DNA of 64,000 nt from Candidatus Nanopelagicales bacterium. Lineage in GTDB: Bacteria > Actinomycetota > Actinomycetes > S36-B12. A program made the position numbers and the translations under genes. Every line of letters starts with the position of its first letter. Positions within the stretch are counted from its first letter, which is position 1. Positions 54,224 to 64,000 of this stretch are shown here, in pieces. The DNA lies in the NCBI GenBank assembly GCA_012103605.1, contig WLWL01000003.1:10315-74314 (forward strand), in the 5' to 3' direction. The notes under the pieces are model-generated. The model did not search any database, was not told where the DNA came from, and saw only the letters and a list, made by a program, of their open reading frames with translations.

Positions 54224-54998
54224 TGTGCCGACGGACCGGCAGCCCTGCGTTATCGAGTGCCGACTTCACGTCGGGGATCGTGAGATGGCCGAAGTGAAAA
54301 ACGCTGGCCGCCAGCACAGCATCGGCTCCCGCCTCCACCGCACGAGGGAAATCGTCGACGACCCCTGCCCCACCGCTCGCAATTAGGGGAACGTCTACGT
54401 GGCGTCTAACGAGCTCGATGAGTTCGGTGTCGAATCCCTGGGTTGTCCCGTCCGCGTCCATCGAATTCAGCAAGATCTCACCCGCACCGCGCTGCGCCGC
54501 CTCGTCGGCCCATCCGATCGCGTCCACTCCTGTGCCACGCCGACCGCCGTGCGTGGTCACCTCGAATCCGCTCGGGGTCGTGACGTCGCCGACACATCGC
54601 CGCGCATCAACACTGAGAACAACGCACTGCGAACCAAAGCGCTCGCTTGCCTTGGTGATCAAAGACGGATCGGCGATCGCGGCCGTATTGACGCCAACCT
54701 TGTCCGCCCCCGCCCGCAAGAGACGATCGAAGTCCTCGACCGTTCGGACACCACCACCGACGGTGAGCGGAATGAAAACCCTCTCTGCGGTGCGTTGAAC
54801 AACGTCGTACGTTGTTTCTCTGCTCGCCGATGACGCCGTGATGTCCAAGAAGACGAGCTCGTCGGCGCCCTGGTCTCCGTAGGCAGCGGCAAGCTCGACC
54901 GGATCTCCTGCATCGCGCAGGTCGACAAAGTTGACTCCCTTCACGACCCGACCGGAATCGACGTCGAGGCAAGGAATCACCCGAACGGCCAGACTCAT
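54207..54998 (-). CDS. hisF: imidazole glycerol phosphate synthase cyclase subunit
   Basis: [24 protein letters not shown]... ATG 54998 overlaps the hisA stop (ATGA). The stop overlaps the hisI start. Confidence 0.96.
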   Translation of the reverse strand: MSLAVRVIPCLDVDSGRVVKGVNFVDLRDAGDPVELAAAYGDQGADELVFLDITASSASRETTYDVVQRTAERVFIPLTVGGGVRTVEDFDRLLRAGADKVGVNTAAIADPSLITKASERFGSQCVVLSVDARRCVGDVTTPSGFEVTTHGGRRGTGVDAIGWADEAAQRGAGEILLNSMDADGTTQGFDTELIELVRRHVDVPLIASGGAGVVDDFPRAVEAGADAVLAASVFHFGHLTIPDVKSALDNAGLPVRRHNVSYG

Positions 54999-55783
54999 GG
55001 TCGGGGTGGCCCCCACTCGTACGGGTCGTAACGCGCTTCCACCGCGGCGATGGCTTCAGCCAATGTGAAGGCTCCCTCGTACAGCGCGCGCCCGATGATC
55101 GCACCCTCGATGCCTTGACCGGTCATGTCCGCGAGCGTGTGGAGGTCTTCGAGGCGACTGATCCCCCCGGACGCCACGATCGCAGCGTCGGTGGCCGAGC
55201 ACACGTCACGAAGGAGGTGGATATTGGGACCCTTCATCGTCCCGTCCTTATGAACATCGGTGACGACGTATCGGGAGCACCCTGCCGCATCAAGACGACC
55301 CAACGTCTCCCACAGATTGCCGCCTTCGGTCGTCCACCCTCGCGCGGCCAACGTGTGTCCGCGAACATCGAGTCCGACGGCTATCCGATCACCGTGCTCA
55401 GCGATCACCTGTTCCGTCCAGTCAGGATTCTCGAGCGCCGCGGTTCCAAGATTCACCCGAGTGCACCCCGTTGCCAGGGCCGCCGCCAGCGATGCATCGT
55501 CGCGGATTCCTCCGGACAGCTCTATCCGTACCTGACCTTTGAGTTCATTGACCACCTCACCGATGGTGGTGGCATTGGATCCGCGCGAGAAAGCGGCGTC
55601 TAAATCGACCAGGTGGATCCACCCGGCTCCCTGTTCGACCCACGACCGAGCCGCGTCGATGGGGCGTCCGTAGACGGTCTCTGATCCGGCCTTTCCTTGA
55701 ACCAGCCGTACGGCCTGACCATCGGCTACATCGACAGCCGGGAGCAGTTGGAGAGCGGGTCCGGGTTTTTCGGTGTGCGTCAC
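54995..55783 (-). CDS. hisA: HisA-family isomerase, presumably PriA-type (ProFAR isomerase / PRA isomerase)
   Basis: 262 aa with [18 protein letters not shown] and a (beta-alpha)8 HisA pattern. The dual-substrate assignment is inferred from actinobacterial context and the absence of trpF in the adjacent trp genes. Confidence 0.9.
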   Translation of the reverse strand: MTHTEKPGPALQLLPAVDVADGQAVRLVQGKAGSETVYGRPIDAARSWVEQGAGWIHLVDLDAAFSRGSNATTIGEVVNELKGQVRIELSGGIRDDASLAAALATGCTRVNLGTAALENPDWTEQVIAEHGDRIAVGLDVRGHTLAARGWTTEGGNLWETLGRLDAAGCSRYVVTDVHKDGTMKGPNIHLLRDVCSATDAAIVASGGISRLEDLHTLADMTGQGIEGAIIGRALYEGAFTLAEAIAAVEARYDPYEWGPPRP

Positions 55784-55789
55784 AACGCA

Positions 55790-55795
55790 AGCCTA
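55790..55795 (-). promoter_or_regulatory. -10-like TAGGCT, 6 nt upstream of the hisA(priA-type) GTG
   Basis: The minus strand reads GACCTAGGCTTGC-GTT-GTG. No Shine-Dalgarno. It sits in the only sizeable gap (83 nt) of the his gene string. Confidence 0.4.
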
Positions 55796-55835
55796 GGTCA
55801 CCCAGGCATCGCTGGATCGCATGCTTTCACCTCTT

Positions 55836-55861
55836 GTCACCGTCGCGGACGTGTCACCGTC
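55836..55861 (-). repeat. direct repeat GTCACCGTC x2 (17-nt period) in the hisH-hisA gap
   Basis: Copies on the plus strand at 55836..55844 and 55853..55861. A third related GGTCACC lies at about 55796. Confidence 0.8.
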
Positions 55862-55866
55862 AGTGA

Positions 55867-56517
55867 TCAACGAAGGGAGGCAAGCCAATTCTCCAGAATG
55901 AAGGCACCGGCATCCCCGGACTTCTCCGGGTGGAATTGCGTCGCAACGAGAGGACCGTTCTCGACCGCTGCGACGAAGCGATCGGTGTACGTGCACCAGG
56001 AAGCCACGGGTGGCTTCATCGCCGAGCGACCATCGTCGGGAAAGTCCCAGGAGACAACCCCGTATGAATGAACGAAGTAGAAGCGCTCAGACTCCACGCC
56101 GGTGAACAGAGTGGACCCCTCACCGACGTCAACGGTGTTCCAGCCCATGTGCGGGAGTACCGGCGCCGAGAGGCGCTCCACCGTCCCGGGCCATTGCCCG
56201 AGGCCGGCAGTGCGCGTGCCGTGTTCGACTCCCGCGGAGAACAGGATTTGCAGACCCACGCAGATTCCGAGGACCGGTCGTCCTCCCGCGAGTCGGGCGT
56301 CGATGATGGACTCTCCGCGTACAGCAGTGAGCCCCGCCATGCAGGACGCGTACGCACCAACTCCTGGAACGACCAGCGCGTCGCACGACGCAGCCGAAGT
56401 AGCGTCGCTGGTTATCTGGACGTTCGCGCCGACCCGCTCGAGGGCGCGTTGAACCGAGCGCAAATTTCCACTGCCGTAGTCCAGCACCACGACAGACGGC
56501 CTCAACGATGTGCTCAT
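55867..56517 (-). CDS. hisH: imidazole glycerol phosphate synthase glutamine amidotransferase subunit
   Basis: The conserved start [22 protein letters not shown] is at ATG 56517. Nucleophile GICVGLQ, and the HSY triad region. The ORF-track extension to 56646 overlaps hisB. Confidence 0.95.
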   Translation of the reverse strand: MSTSLRPSVVVLDYGSGNLRSVQRALERVGANVQITSDATSAASCDALVVPGVGAYASCMAGLTAVRGESIIDARLAGGRPVLGICVGLQILFSAGVEHGTRTAGLGQWPGTVERLSAPVLPHMGWNTVDVGEGSTLFTGVESERFYFVHSYGVVSWDFPDDGRSAMKPPVASWCTYTDRFVAAVENGPLVATQFHPEKSGDAGAFILENWLASLR

Positions 56518-56560
56518 CGACGAAGTGCGTTCATCGGAAGAAGTAGTGTCCGGGTGTCGG

Positions 56561-57157
56561 TCAAGACGCCGTGAGCGTGCCCTTGGTCGAGGGGACACCC
56601 ACGACCCGTGAGTCGATCGCCACTGCATCGCGCAGGGAACGAGCAACCGATTTGAATTGCGCTTCCACGACGTGGTGGGCGTTACGCCCGCTGAGGACCT
56701 TGACGTGCAGCGTTATCTGACTGGTCGCCACGATCGATTCCCAAATGTGACGGGTCAGGGTGGTGTCGTAGGACCCGATCAGTTCCACCAGATCGGGTTC
56801 CTCGTGCACGAGGTAGGGGCGGCCCGACAGATCGACAGCAGACTGCACGAGGCATTCGTCCAAGGGCACCAGCGCATCTCCGTACCGGCGTAGGCCCGCC
56901 CGGTCACCGAGAGCCTCGTTGAGCGCTTGGCCGAGGGCCAATGACGTGTCTTCGACGGTGTGGTGTGCATCCACCTCGAGGTCACCCTTGGTCCGCACGG
57001 TGAGATCGAGGCCTCCGTGCTTGGCGAGTTGCGCGAGCATGTGGTCGAAAAAGGGGACGCCTGTCTCGATGGAACTCACTCCGGTTCCGTCGAGTTCTAC
57101 CTCGACGAGAACCTCGCTCTCCTTCGTCGACCTCTCGACGCGGGCCTGCCTACTCAT
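56561..57157 (-). CDS. hisB: imidazoleglycerol-phosphate dehydratase
   Basis: 198 aa with DAHHTVEDT and [13 protein letters not shown]. Confidence 0.96.
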   Translation of the reverse strand: MSRQARVERSTKESEVLVEVELDGTGVSSIETGVPFFDHMLAQLAKHGGLDLTVRTKGDLEVDAHHTVEDTSLALGQALNEALGDRAGLRRYGDALVPLDECLVQSAVDLSGRPYLVHEEPDLVELIGSYDTTLTRHIWESIVATSQITLHVKVLSGRNAHHVVEAQFKSVARSLRDAVAIDSRVVGVPSTKGTLTAS

Positions 57158-58287
57158 GTCGATCCACCATCTCCGTCAGACATCAGGTCATTGTCCACCA
57201 CTACCTCATCTAAGGCCTCGATAAATCTAGCGTTCTCCTGCGGTGTTCCTACGGAGACCCGCAACCACTGGTCGGGGCCGGTTTCTCGGATCAGGACACC
57301 TCGGTCGACGAGTCCCTCCCACACGCGTCGCCGATCGCGGAATCGACCGAAGAAACAGAAGTTGGCGTCACTGTCGGCCACTACAAATCCTCGAGACTCC
57401 AGGTCACGACGCATTCGATCCCGTTCGTCGCGAAGAAGCTGCAGATTCGACTGCAATTCCTCGACGAAAGTCAACGCAGTGCACGCGACCGACTGGGTGA
57501 CGGCCGAGAGGTGGTACGGGAGTCGAACGACGCGCAACGCGTCGATGACGCTCGGGTGGGCTGCCGCGTATCCCACACGGGCGCCCGCCATCGCGAACGC
57601 CTTGCTCATGGTCCTGGTCACGATCATGTTGGGATGATCGGCAAGGCTGGCCACGGAGCTCGGCTGACCTGGTCGACGGAACTCCGCGTAGGCCTCATCA
57701 ACCACGAGCATTCCCCCTGCATCTGCCGTGGCCCGTGCGAGAACAGCAATGTCGTCCGCGCTCACCGCAGTTCCCGTGGGATTGTTGGGTGAAGCTAGGA
57801 GCACGACCGAGGGTCGATGGTCCGAGATGGCGGCAATACTGGCTGCCATGTCGATTCGGAAATCGGCCGTCCGCGGTACGGACACCATCGCGGTGAAGGA
57901 CTCTCGCGCGTATTCCGGATACATGGAATACGTCGGAGGAAATGAGAGCGCTACTCGCCCGGGTCCTCCGAAAGCGGCCATGATGTGGGACATCACTTCG
58001 TTTGATCCGTTGGCCACCCAGATGGACTCCACGCCGCACTCCGCGCTCGACTCATGAGACAGATAGTCGGCGAGGGCCTGCCGCAACTCACGGCACTCTC
58101 GGTCGGGATACCGGTTCAACGACCGTGCAACGTCCGTTACGGACACACCCAGCGCCCGCGCCAGCTCGGGCGAGGGTGCAAAAGGGTTCTCGTTGACGTT
58201 CAGTCGAACATCGACATCGAGTTGTGGCGCTCCGTAGGGCGTCAGGTCTCGCAAATCCTCCCGAACGGGCGGCTGAAACTCAGCCAT
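57154..58287 (-). CDS. hisC: histidinol-phosphate aminotransferase
   Basis: 377 aa with SPNNPTGT and the PLP lysine in [16 protein letters not shown]. Confidence 0.95.
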   Translation of the reverse strand: MAEFQPPVREDLRDLTPYGAPQLDVDVRLNVNENPFAPSPELARALGVSVTDVARSLNRYPDRECRELRQALADYLSHESSAECGVESIWVANGSNEVMSHIMAAFGGPGRVALSFPPTYSMYPEYARESFTAMVSVPRTADFRIDMAASIAAISDHRPSVVLLASPNNPTGTAVSADDIAVLARATADAGGMLVVDEAYAEFRRPGQPSSVASLADHPNMIVTRTMSKAFAMAGARVGYAAAHPSVIDALRVVRLPYHLSAVTQSVACTALTFVEELQSNLQLLRDERDRMRRDLESRGFVVADSDANFCFFGRFRDRRRVWEGLVDRGVLIRETGPDQWLRVSVGTPQENARFIEALDEVVVDNDLMSDGDGGST

Positions 58288-59602
58288 CGTCGTCGGCGTC
58301 GTGGAAACGAATGGTCACGGCGTCTCCGTGACCCGGCAGGTCTTCGGCCTGCGCCAGGGCGACGACGTCGTCGGCAACGTCGGCCAGTGACGTGCGGTCG
58401 TACTCGATGACGTGGATCCCGCGCAGGAACGTTTGCACGGATAGACCCGAGGAGTGGCGCGCAGCGCCCATCGTCGGAAGCACGTGATTGGACCCAGCGC
58501 AGTAGTCGCCGAGCGACACAGGCGCCCACGGGCCAACAAATATCGCGCCGGCGTTGCGCACCCGCATAGCGACCTGTCGAGGCTCGTTGGTGTGGATTTC
58601 CAGATGCTCAGCGGCGTACGCATCGACGACAGCTACACCCTGGTCAATGTCTCGAACCAGAATGATGGCGCTCTGCACACCGGTCAGAGCTTCAGTAATG
58701 CGCTCGACATGCTTGGTGCTGGCAACCTGCGCCGCGACTTCCCGTTCGACCTCGTTGGCCAGACGCTCACTCGACGTGACGAGAACGGCCGCGGCGATCA
58801 CATCGTGCTCGGCCTGGCTGATGAGGTCTGCGGCCACGTACCGAGCGTCCGCTGAGTCGTCGGCCAGGATCGCCACCTCAGTCGGTCCAGCCTCGGAGTC
58901 GATCCCGATGATTCCTTGCAGTGCTCGCTTGGCCGCCGTGACGTAGATGTTTCCCGGTCCGGTCACGAGATCCACCGGCTCGCATGTGTCACCGTCGGGA
59001 AGGTCAATGCCGTAGGCCAACATCGCGACCGCCTGGGCGCCTCCCACCGCGTAGATCTCCTCGACTCCCAGCAACGCGCACGCGGCCAGCACCGTGGGGT
59101 GGGGCCACCCATCGCAGTCCTTTTGAGGAGGACTGACCACAGCGAGCGAGGGAACTCCCGCCTCCTGGGCGGGGACCACATTCATCACCACGCTGCTCGG
59201 ATAGACAGCCCGTCCACCCGGGACATACAGGCCCACTCGAGAGACCGGAAGCCAACGCTCGGTCACCGTGCCTCCGGGAACCACCTCGGTTTCCACATCC
59301 AGGCGCCGTTGGTCTTGATGGACCCTCCGGGCGCGCTCGATGGACACTTCCAGGGCCCGCCGCACCGACGGATCGAGACCGGCCAGCGCATCGGCAATCA
59401 CCGAGGCGGGCACCCGTAATTGGTCAGGGCGAACCGAGTCGAAGCGTTCACACGCATCCAGAACCGCATCGGCACCCCTGGCCCGAACGTCGTCGAGCAC
59501 CGGTCGGATCGCATCGCCTGCATCCGTCAGATCCATCGCGGCGCGCGGGACAAGCGACCGCGGGTCGGCGGACGAATCACGCAAGTCGATGAGACGCAAC
59601 AC
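58280..59602 (-). CDS. hisD: histidinol dehydrogenase
   Basis: GTG 59602 gives VLRLIDLRD..., aligning with the mycobacterial MLTRIDLRG. The ORF-track extension to 59848 would run through the divergent gene. Confidence 0.95.
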   Translation of the reverse strand: MLRLIDLRDSSADPRSLVPRAAMDLTDAGDAIRPVLDDVRARGADAVLDACERFDSVRPDQLRVPASVIADALAGLDPSVRRALEVSIERARRVHQDQRRLDVETEVVPGGTVTERWLPVSRVGLYVPGGRAVYPSSVVMNVVPAQEAGVPSLAVVSPPQKDCDGWPHPTVLAACALLGVEEIYAVGGAQAVAMLAYGIDLPDGDTCEPVDLVTGPGNIYVTAAKRALQGIIGIDSEAGPTEVAILADDSADARYVAADLISQAEHDVIAAAVLVTSSERLANEVEREVAAQVASTKHVERITEALTGVQSAIILVRDIDQGVAVVDAYAAEHLEIHTNEPRQVAMRVRNAGAIFVGPWAPVSLGDYCAGSNHVLPTMGAARHSSGLSVQTFLRGIHVIEYDRTSLADVADDVVALAQAEDLPGHGDAVTIRFHDADDDG

Positions 59603-59609
59603 TTGACGG

Positions 59610-59615
59610 AGTCTA
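59610..59615 (-). promoter_or_regulatory. -10-like TAGACT, 7 nt upstream of the hisD GTG
   Basis: The minus strand reads GCGTAGACT-CCGTCAA-GTG. It overlaps the opposite-strand hexamer by 2 bp. Confidence 0.4.
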
Positions 59616-59619
59616 CGCT
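59614..59619 (+). promoter_or_regulatory. -10-like TACGCT, 6 nt upstream of the LON-N-domain gene ATG
   Basis: The plus strand reads TACGCT-CGACGA-ATG. The divergent start codons are only 23 bp apart. Confidence 0.35.
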
Positions 59620-59625
59620 CGACGA

Positions 59626-60369
59626 ATGGACGAGTCCCTGCCGCTCTTTCCTCTGACAACGGCGCTCGTGCCCGGGTTGGTCCTCCCGCTTCACATATTC
59701 GAGCCTCGATACCGACTGATGGTGGAGGAACTACTCGACAAGCCCGAGGACGAACGGGAGTTCGGCATCGTTGCCTTCCGGGAATCTCACTCATTGGCGC
59801 CGAAGCAGCCTGCCCCCGGTGATGGACCGGATGATGGCGCATCACCAAGCGAGCCTTCGGCAGAGGACGCCGAGCTCTACCCGGTGGGTGTGAGCGCGGT
59901 GATTCGCCAAGCAGAACGCCGAGAAGATGGCCGCTACGACATAGTCACGATCGGATCCAGGCGTTTTCGAATCGAAGATGTGGATCGCTCGGCTCCCCTC
60001 GTGCGCGCCTCGGTGACCTTCCTCCCGGAGCCAGAGATTGATTCCGATGATCCGCACGTGATGGTGGCCGTCCAGGCGGCCATGCAGGCATTCGATAAGT
60101 ACCGCTCCGTTTTGGGCGGTCGGTTGAACGAAGCCGATGACAACGATGACGACGATCAGGTGCCTGCCGACCCATCTGTCCTGAGTTATTTGATTACCGC
60201 CGCCCTCGTTGTGGATGGGTCCACACGACAAAAACTGCTCGCGGCTCCCGATGCGATCGCACGTCTTCGCCTCGGCACACGCGTTCTGTCCTCAGAATCC
60301 GCCTTGATCTCCGCATTCGGCGCTATCCCAGCACTTGATTTGCTCAACTCGACTCCGTCGGAGAACTAG
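59626..60369 (+). CDS. LON N-terminal (substrate-binding, PUA-like) domain protein
   Basis: 247 aa, [32 protein letters not shown]..., typical of stand-alone LON-N domain proteins. Confidence 0.85.
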   Translation: MDESLPLFPLTTALVPGLVLPLHIFEPRYRLMVEELLDKPEDEREFGIVAFRESHSLAPKQPAPGDGPDDGASPSEPSAEDAELYPVGVSAVIRQAERREDGRYDIVTIGSRRFRIEDVDRSAPLVRASVTFLPEPEIDSDDPHVMVAVQAAMQAFDKYRSVLGGRLNEADDNDDDDQVPADPSVLSYLITAALVVDGSTRQKLLAAPDAIARLRLGTRVLSSESALISAFGAIPALDLLNSTPSEN

Positions 60370-60888
60370 GTGGCGAGCAAGTCCGGACACTCGGCAGCAG
60401 CAACACCTGCGTTGGGGTTCTTGGCTGAACGGGGCATTCCCCACGGCGTGCACACCTTCGATCACGACCATTCGTCCCGGGGCGACCATCCGGACTTCGC
60501 CATGGAAGCTGCCCGACTTCTCGGCGTTCCACCCGAGGCCGTCTTCAAGTCCCTCGTGTGGTTGGTGGATTCTCGTTTGGTGCTCGCTCTGGTCCCGGCA
60601 ACGACAACGGTGTCGGCAAAATTTCTCGCGCGCGCCGTTGGCGGCAAGAAGGCCCATCTCGCGGACGTCGCGTCGGCTGAACGCGTCAGTGGATCTGTCA
60701 CAGGAGCAATCAGTCCCCTCGGCCTGCGGCAGGAATTGCCGGTCGTCATCGACGAAGAGGTTCGCCTGCACCCTGTGGTCTATGTCAGTGCGGGACGGCG
60801 GGGCCTGGAAGTCGCTCTGGATCCTCAAGACCTCATCGCCGCCACGAGTGCACGGGTAGCCGCGCTCAGCACGCCAGCTAGCAACTAA
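60370..60888 (+). CDS. ybaK: Cys-tRNA(Pro)/Cys-tRNA(Cys) deacylase YbaK-family
   Basis: 172 aa with a YbaK/EbsC pattern (ATPALGFLAERGIPH..., KSLVWLV, VTGAISPLG). The GTG start immediately follows the upstream TAG. Confidence 0.85.
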   Translation: MASKSGHSAAATPALGFLAERGIPHGVHTFDHDHSSRGDHPDFAMEAARLLGVPPEAVFKSLVWLVDSRLVLALVPATTTVSAKFLARAVGGKKAHLADVASAERVSGSVTGAISPLGLRQELPVVIDEEVRLHPVVYVSAGRRGLEVALDPQDLIAATSARVAALSTPASN

Positions 60889-61469
60889 TCCGCCTGTCGT
60901 GACCGTCGAGCCACCAGCCAGTCGGCGATAGCGAGCACCAACACCACGGTGGCCGCACTGATAGACCACACCAGATAGACACCGGGCATCGTCACCTCAA
61001 GCGGGGCATCGGTGATGAATTCCTCGCTGGTCGTCGCGATGAGACCTTCGATATCGACAGAGCCCAGCCGCGATCCCACTTGCCACATGGCAAGCGTGCC
61101 AACCGCGCTGGCCAAGAGTCCGGCCACCAAAACTCCGAGGAGGTGGCGACGGCGCATCGCCGCAAGGGCGATGGTGAGGACGATACCGGCGACTAGCGCT
61201 AGGGCCACGAACGAGACGTCTGCAGCGAGGTACTCCTCGGGCTGATATCCCTGGGGTCTCGCGCCGTCTGGACGTACCGCCACGGTCGCCCGTGGCGCCA
61301 ACCTCCACCAGAGCACGCCCAGGGCAGCACCGCTCATCAGACCCGACACAACCCCCGCGATGACAAGCGACCATTCCGACCACTCGGGGCGCCGTGACCG
61401 GACGATCGGTGTGTCCGGGGCGCTATCCGGTGGCGCTCCATGGGAGGTCATCGTGAAACCGTACGGCAC
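60885..61469 (-). CDS. small membrane protein (DUF2567-like), function unknown
   Basis: 194 aa with 4 hydrophobic segments. It starts 1 nt after the dnaE stop. Its stop overlaps the ybaK stop by 4 bp (convergent). Confidence 0.65.
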   Translation of the reverse strand: MPYGFTMTSHGAPPDSAPDTPIVRSRRPEWSEWSLVIAGVVSGLMSGAALGVLWWRLAPRATVAVRPDGARPQGYQPEEYLAADVSFVALALVAGIVLTIALAAMRRRHLLGVLVAGLLASAVGTLAMWQVGSRLGSVDIEGLIATTSEEFITDAPLEVTMPGVYLVWSISAATVVLVLAIADWLVARRSRQAD

Positions 61470-61470
61470 G

Positions 61471-64000
61471 TCACGACAAGCAGTTCGCTCCCAGCAGCGC
61501 TTTGAGATCCCCGTACAGAGCGGCCGAGGGCGTCACGCGCAGGGCATCGTCGATTCTCAGGACTGTTGTTTGCGTGCCGCCCGTCAGGTGCAGGTGGACT
61601 TCGGTCGTGCCCGAGTGCTGCCGGAGCACCTCTTTGAGCCGCTCGACAAGCGGTGGAACGCATCGACTCGCCGCGATAGACAAGCGCAACGGCCCACTTT
61701 CTGCTTCAGACAAGTCGGGAGATTCCACGTCCATGGCGATGACCCGCAAGCCGTCTTCATCCGTGCGCTCCACGCGCGCTCGGATGGCCACGATGGAGTC
61801 TTCGATGAGCGTTGTGGACACGGACGCGTACGTCTGCGGGAAGACCATGGCTTCGATGGATCCATCCAGATCCTCCACCGTCGCGATGGCCCAGGCTGAC
61901 CCCTTCTTGGTGGTTTTGCGCTGCACATTCGTCAGCAAGCCTGCAACGGTGACGACCGTTGACTCCAAGGATTCATCGGCAATGAGGGATGCAATCGAGA
62001 CGTCGGAGATGTTCGCGAGAGCATGATCGAGACCATTCAGCGGGTGATCCGACACGTACAAACCCAGCATGTCTCTCTCGTGCGCCAACAGGACGGCCTT
62101 TTCCCACTCGCCCACCGGAACGGGGGTCTGTTCCGCGAGCCCGGTGGTCTCCCCTTCCCCTGCGAGACCTCCGAATAAGTCGTACTGGCCGGCTGCTTCT
62201 GCTCTCTTGATATCAACCGCCGAGTCGATCACCAGTTCATGGACCGCTGCGAGGCCTTTGCGTGTGTGGCCAAGAGAGTCGAATGCACCCGCCTTGATGA
62301 GGGACTCGACGACGCGTCGATTGCATACGTGCACTTCGACCTTCGCCACGAAGTCATGGAAGTCGGTGAATCGGCCCCGCGAGCGCCGTGTCTCACCGAT
62401 GGACAGAACGACTCCTTCGCCGACATTGCGAATCGCCGATAGCCCGAACCGGATGTCGCTTCCGCGCGCCGTGTATGCGGAGTCAGAATCATTGACATCC
62501 GGGGGCAACACTTTGATGCCCATCCGTCGACACTCACCGAGGTAGATGGCGCTCTTGTCCTTGTCGTCTTGAACACTCGTCAGCAGCGCGGCCATGTATT
62601 CCGCGGGGTAATTCGCCTTCAAGTAAGCCGTCCAGTAGGACACCAGGCCATAGCCAGCCGTGTGGGCCTTGTTGAAGGCGTAGTCCGAGAACGGGACCAG
62701 GATCTCCCACAGGGTGTCGATGGCCGAATCGCTATATCCCTTGGAGCGCATCCCCTCTTGGAAAGGAGTGAACTCCTTCTTCAGGATCTCCTTCTTCTTC
62801 TTGCCCATCGCGCGACGCAAGAGGTCGGCTTTGCCAAGTGAGTAACCGGCCAACTCTTGCGCGATGGCCATGACCTGCTCTTGGTAGACGATCAATCCAT
62901 ACGTGTCACCGAGAATCTCCGACAAGGGCTCTGCCAGTTCCGGGTGAATGGGAACGACCGGCTTCCTGCCGTTCTTTCGATCCGCGTAGTCATTGTGTGC
63001 ATTGGCACCCATGGGTCCGGGTCGGTAGAGGGCCAGGACAGCGGAAATATCTTCGAAGCTGTCCGGTTGCATGGAGCGCAAGAGTGAGCGCATGGGTCCG
63101 CCGTCGAGCTGGAAGACGCCGAGTGTGTCTCCACGGGACAGCAACTCGTATGTGGTCGGGTCGTCCAGCGTCAATTCCTCGAGTACCAGCTGGTCTCCGG
63201 TGTTCTTCTCGATGTTGTCGAGGCAATCTTCGAGCACCGTCAGGTTGCGAAGACCAAGGAAATCCATCTTTAACAGGCCCAGCGTCTCGCAGGCACTCAT
63301 ATCGAATTGGGTGATGATCGCGCCGTCTTGCTCGCGTCGCCACACAGGAATGACATCCATCAGGGCCTCGCGGGAAAGGATCACCCCGGCAGCGTGAACT
63401 CCCGGCTGACGCTTCAGCCCCTCGAGACCTTTGGCTGTGTCAATGATTTGGCGGGCCTCGGCGTCGGATTCATACAGCGACCGAAAGTCCTTTGCTTCCG
63501 CATAGCGATCATCTGTCGCGTCGAAGGCGCCAGCGAGGGAAATGTCCTTGCCCATGACCGTCGGTGGCATCGCCTTGGTGATGCGTTCTCCCACGGCATA
63601 CGGGAATCCCAGAACGCGTGCACTGTCTTTGATGGCCGCCTTTGCCTTAATGGAGGCATAGGTGACGATCTGAGCGACTCGCTCCTCGCCGTATTTCTCT
63701 GTGGCGTAGCGGATCATGTCCGAGCGTCGACGTTCGTCGAAATCGATGTCGATATCCGGCATCGAGATGCGTTCGGGATTCAGGAATCTTTCAAAGAGCA
63801 ATCCGTGTTTGATCGGATCGAGTTCGGTGATGCCCAGCGCGTAGGCGATCATGGCGCCGGCAGCTGATCCTCGGCCTGGGCCGACCCGGATCTGGTTTTC
63901 GCGGGCGTAGCGCACGAGATCAGCAACCACCAGGAAGTAGCCGGGGAATCCCATTTGAGAGACGACGCCGAGTTCATACTCGGACTGCTGGCGGACGTCG
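61471..64000 (-). CDS. dnaE: DNA polymerase III alpha subunit, C-terminal ~840 codons (gene continues past the right edge)
   Basis: The ORF-track ORF begins at an internal Met (MGFPGYFLVVADLVRYA...). The frame stays open to nt 64000 (...EYELGVVSQMGFPGYF, a conserved DnaE segment). Polymerase core, beta-binding region and OB-fold C-terminus are present. Confidence 0.96.
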   Translation of the reverse strand, partial: DVRQQSEYELGVVSQMGFPGYFLVVADLVRYARENQIRVGPGRGSAAGAMIAYALGITELDPIKHGLLFERFLNPERISMPDIDIDFDERRRSDMIRYATEKYGEERVAQIVTYASIKAKAAIKDSARVLGFPYAVGERITKAMPPTVMGKDISLAGAFDATDDRYAEAKDFRSLYESDAEARQIIDTAKGLEGLKRQPGVHAAGVILSREALMDVIPVWRREQDGAIITQFDMSACETLGLLKMDFLGLRNLTVLEDCLDNIEKNTGDQLVLEELTLDDPTTYELLSRGDTLGVFQLDGGPMRSLLRSMQPDSFEDISAVLALYRPGPMGANAHNDYADRKNGRKPVVPIHPELAEPLSEILGDTYGLIVYQEQVMAIAQELAGYSLGKADLLRRAMGKKKKEILKKEFTPFQEGMRSKGYSDSAIDTLWEILVPFSDYAFNKAHTAGYGLVSYWTAYLKANYPAEYMAALLTSVQDDKDKSAIYLGECRRMGIKVLPPDVNDSDSAYTARGSDIRFGLSAIRNVGEGVVLSIGETRRSRGRFTDFHDFVAKVEVHVCNRRVVESLIKAGAFDSLGHTRKGLAAVHELVIDSAVDIKRAEAAGQYDLFGGLAGEGETTGLAEQTPVPVGEWEKAVLLAHERDMLGLYVSDHPLNGLDHALANISDVSIASLIADESLESTVVTVAGLLTNVQRKTTKKGSAWAIATVEDLDGSIEAMVFPQTYASVSTTLIEDSIVAIRARVERTDEDGLRVIAMDVESPDLSEAESGPLRLSIAASRCVPPLVERLKEVLRQHSGTTEVHLHLTGGTQTTVLRIDDALRVTPSAALYGDLKALLGANCLS

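Noticed and set aside
60885-60888. A 4-bp overlap of the convergent stop codons of ybaK (TAA) and the DUF2567-like gene (TAG), reading CTAA.
   Set aside because: The overlap is real, but it is trivial in a compact genome. No further structure or function could be attached to it.

Overview
This is a high-GC actinobacterial chromosomal core region. It is almost gap-free and coded overwhelmingly on the minus strand; only five genes are on the plus strand. Gene order on the minus strand, right to left: dnaE (3' part), a small membrane protein, hisD-hisC-hisB-hisH, hisA(PriA-type)-hisF-hisI, trpE, two small Trp-operon-associated membrane proteins, an OmpR-type response regulator plus histidine kinase, a DUF2752-like membrane protein, trpC-trpB-trpA, a DsbA-like oxidoreductase, lgt, gltB-gltD, pyk, pyrR-pyrB-pyrC, a membrane protein, carA-carB-pyrK-pyrD-pyrF, gmk-rpoZ-coaBC, metK, priA, def-fmt-rsmB, rpe-ribD-ribE-ribBA-ribH, hisE-hisG, an SseB-like gene, infC-rpmI-rplT-trmH, an unknown cupin-like gene, cysD-cysNC, and pheS-pheT (5' part). 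The plus-strand genes are a LON-N-domain protein, ybaK, an IMPase-family gene, an MFS permease and a DUF1844-like gene. I found no rRNA, tRNA, CRISPR, transposase, integrase, phage or recognisable defence or toxin genes, so this is an ordinary housekeeping region, not an accessory island. The least explained content is (i) a two-component system and three small membrane proteins embedded in the trp operon, and (ii) an unknown cupin/2OG-oxygenase-like gene upstream of a PAPS-producing cysD-cysNC pair, wedged into the infC...pheST translation cluster. Sequence-level observations: a recurring TAG(G/A/C)CT hexamer 6-7 nt upstream of start codons that lack a Shine-Dalgarno, suggesting leaderless mRNAs; a PyrR-binding hairpin that covers the pyrR ribosome-binding site; a probable ATC start for infC; and a PriA primosomal protein without Walker A/B motifs. 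Many ORF-track starts are over-extended. Corrected starts were chosen from conserved N-termini, Shine-Dalgarno positions and stop/start overlaps, and they remain predictions.
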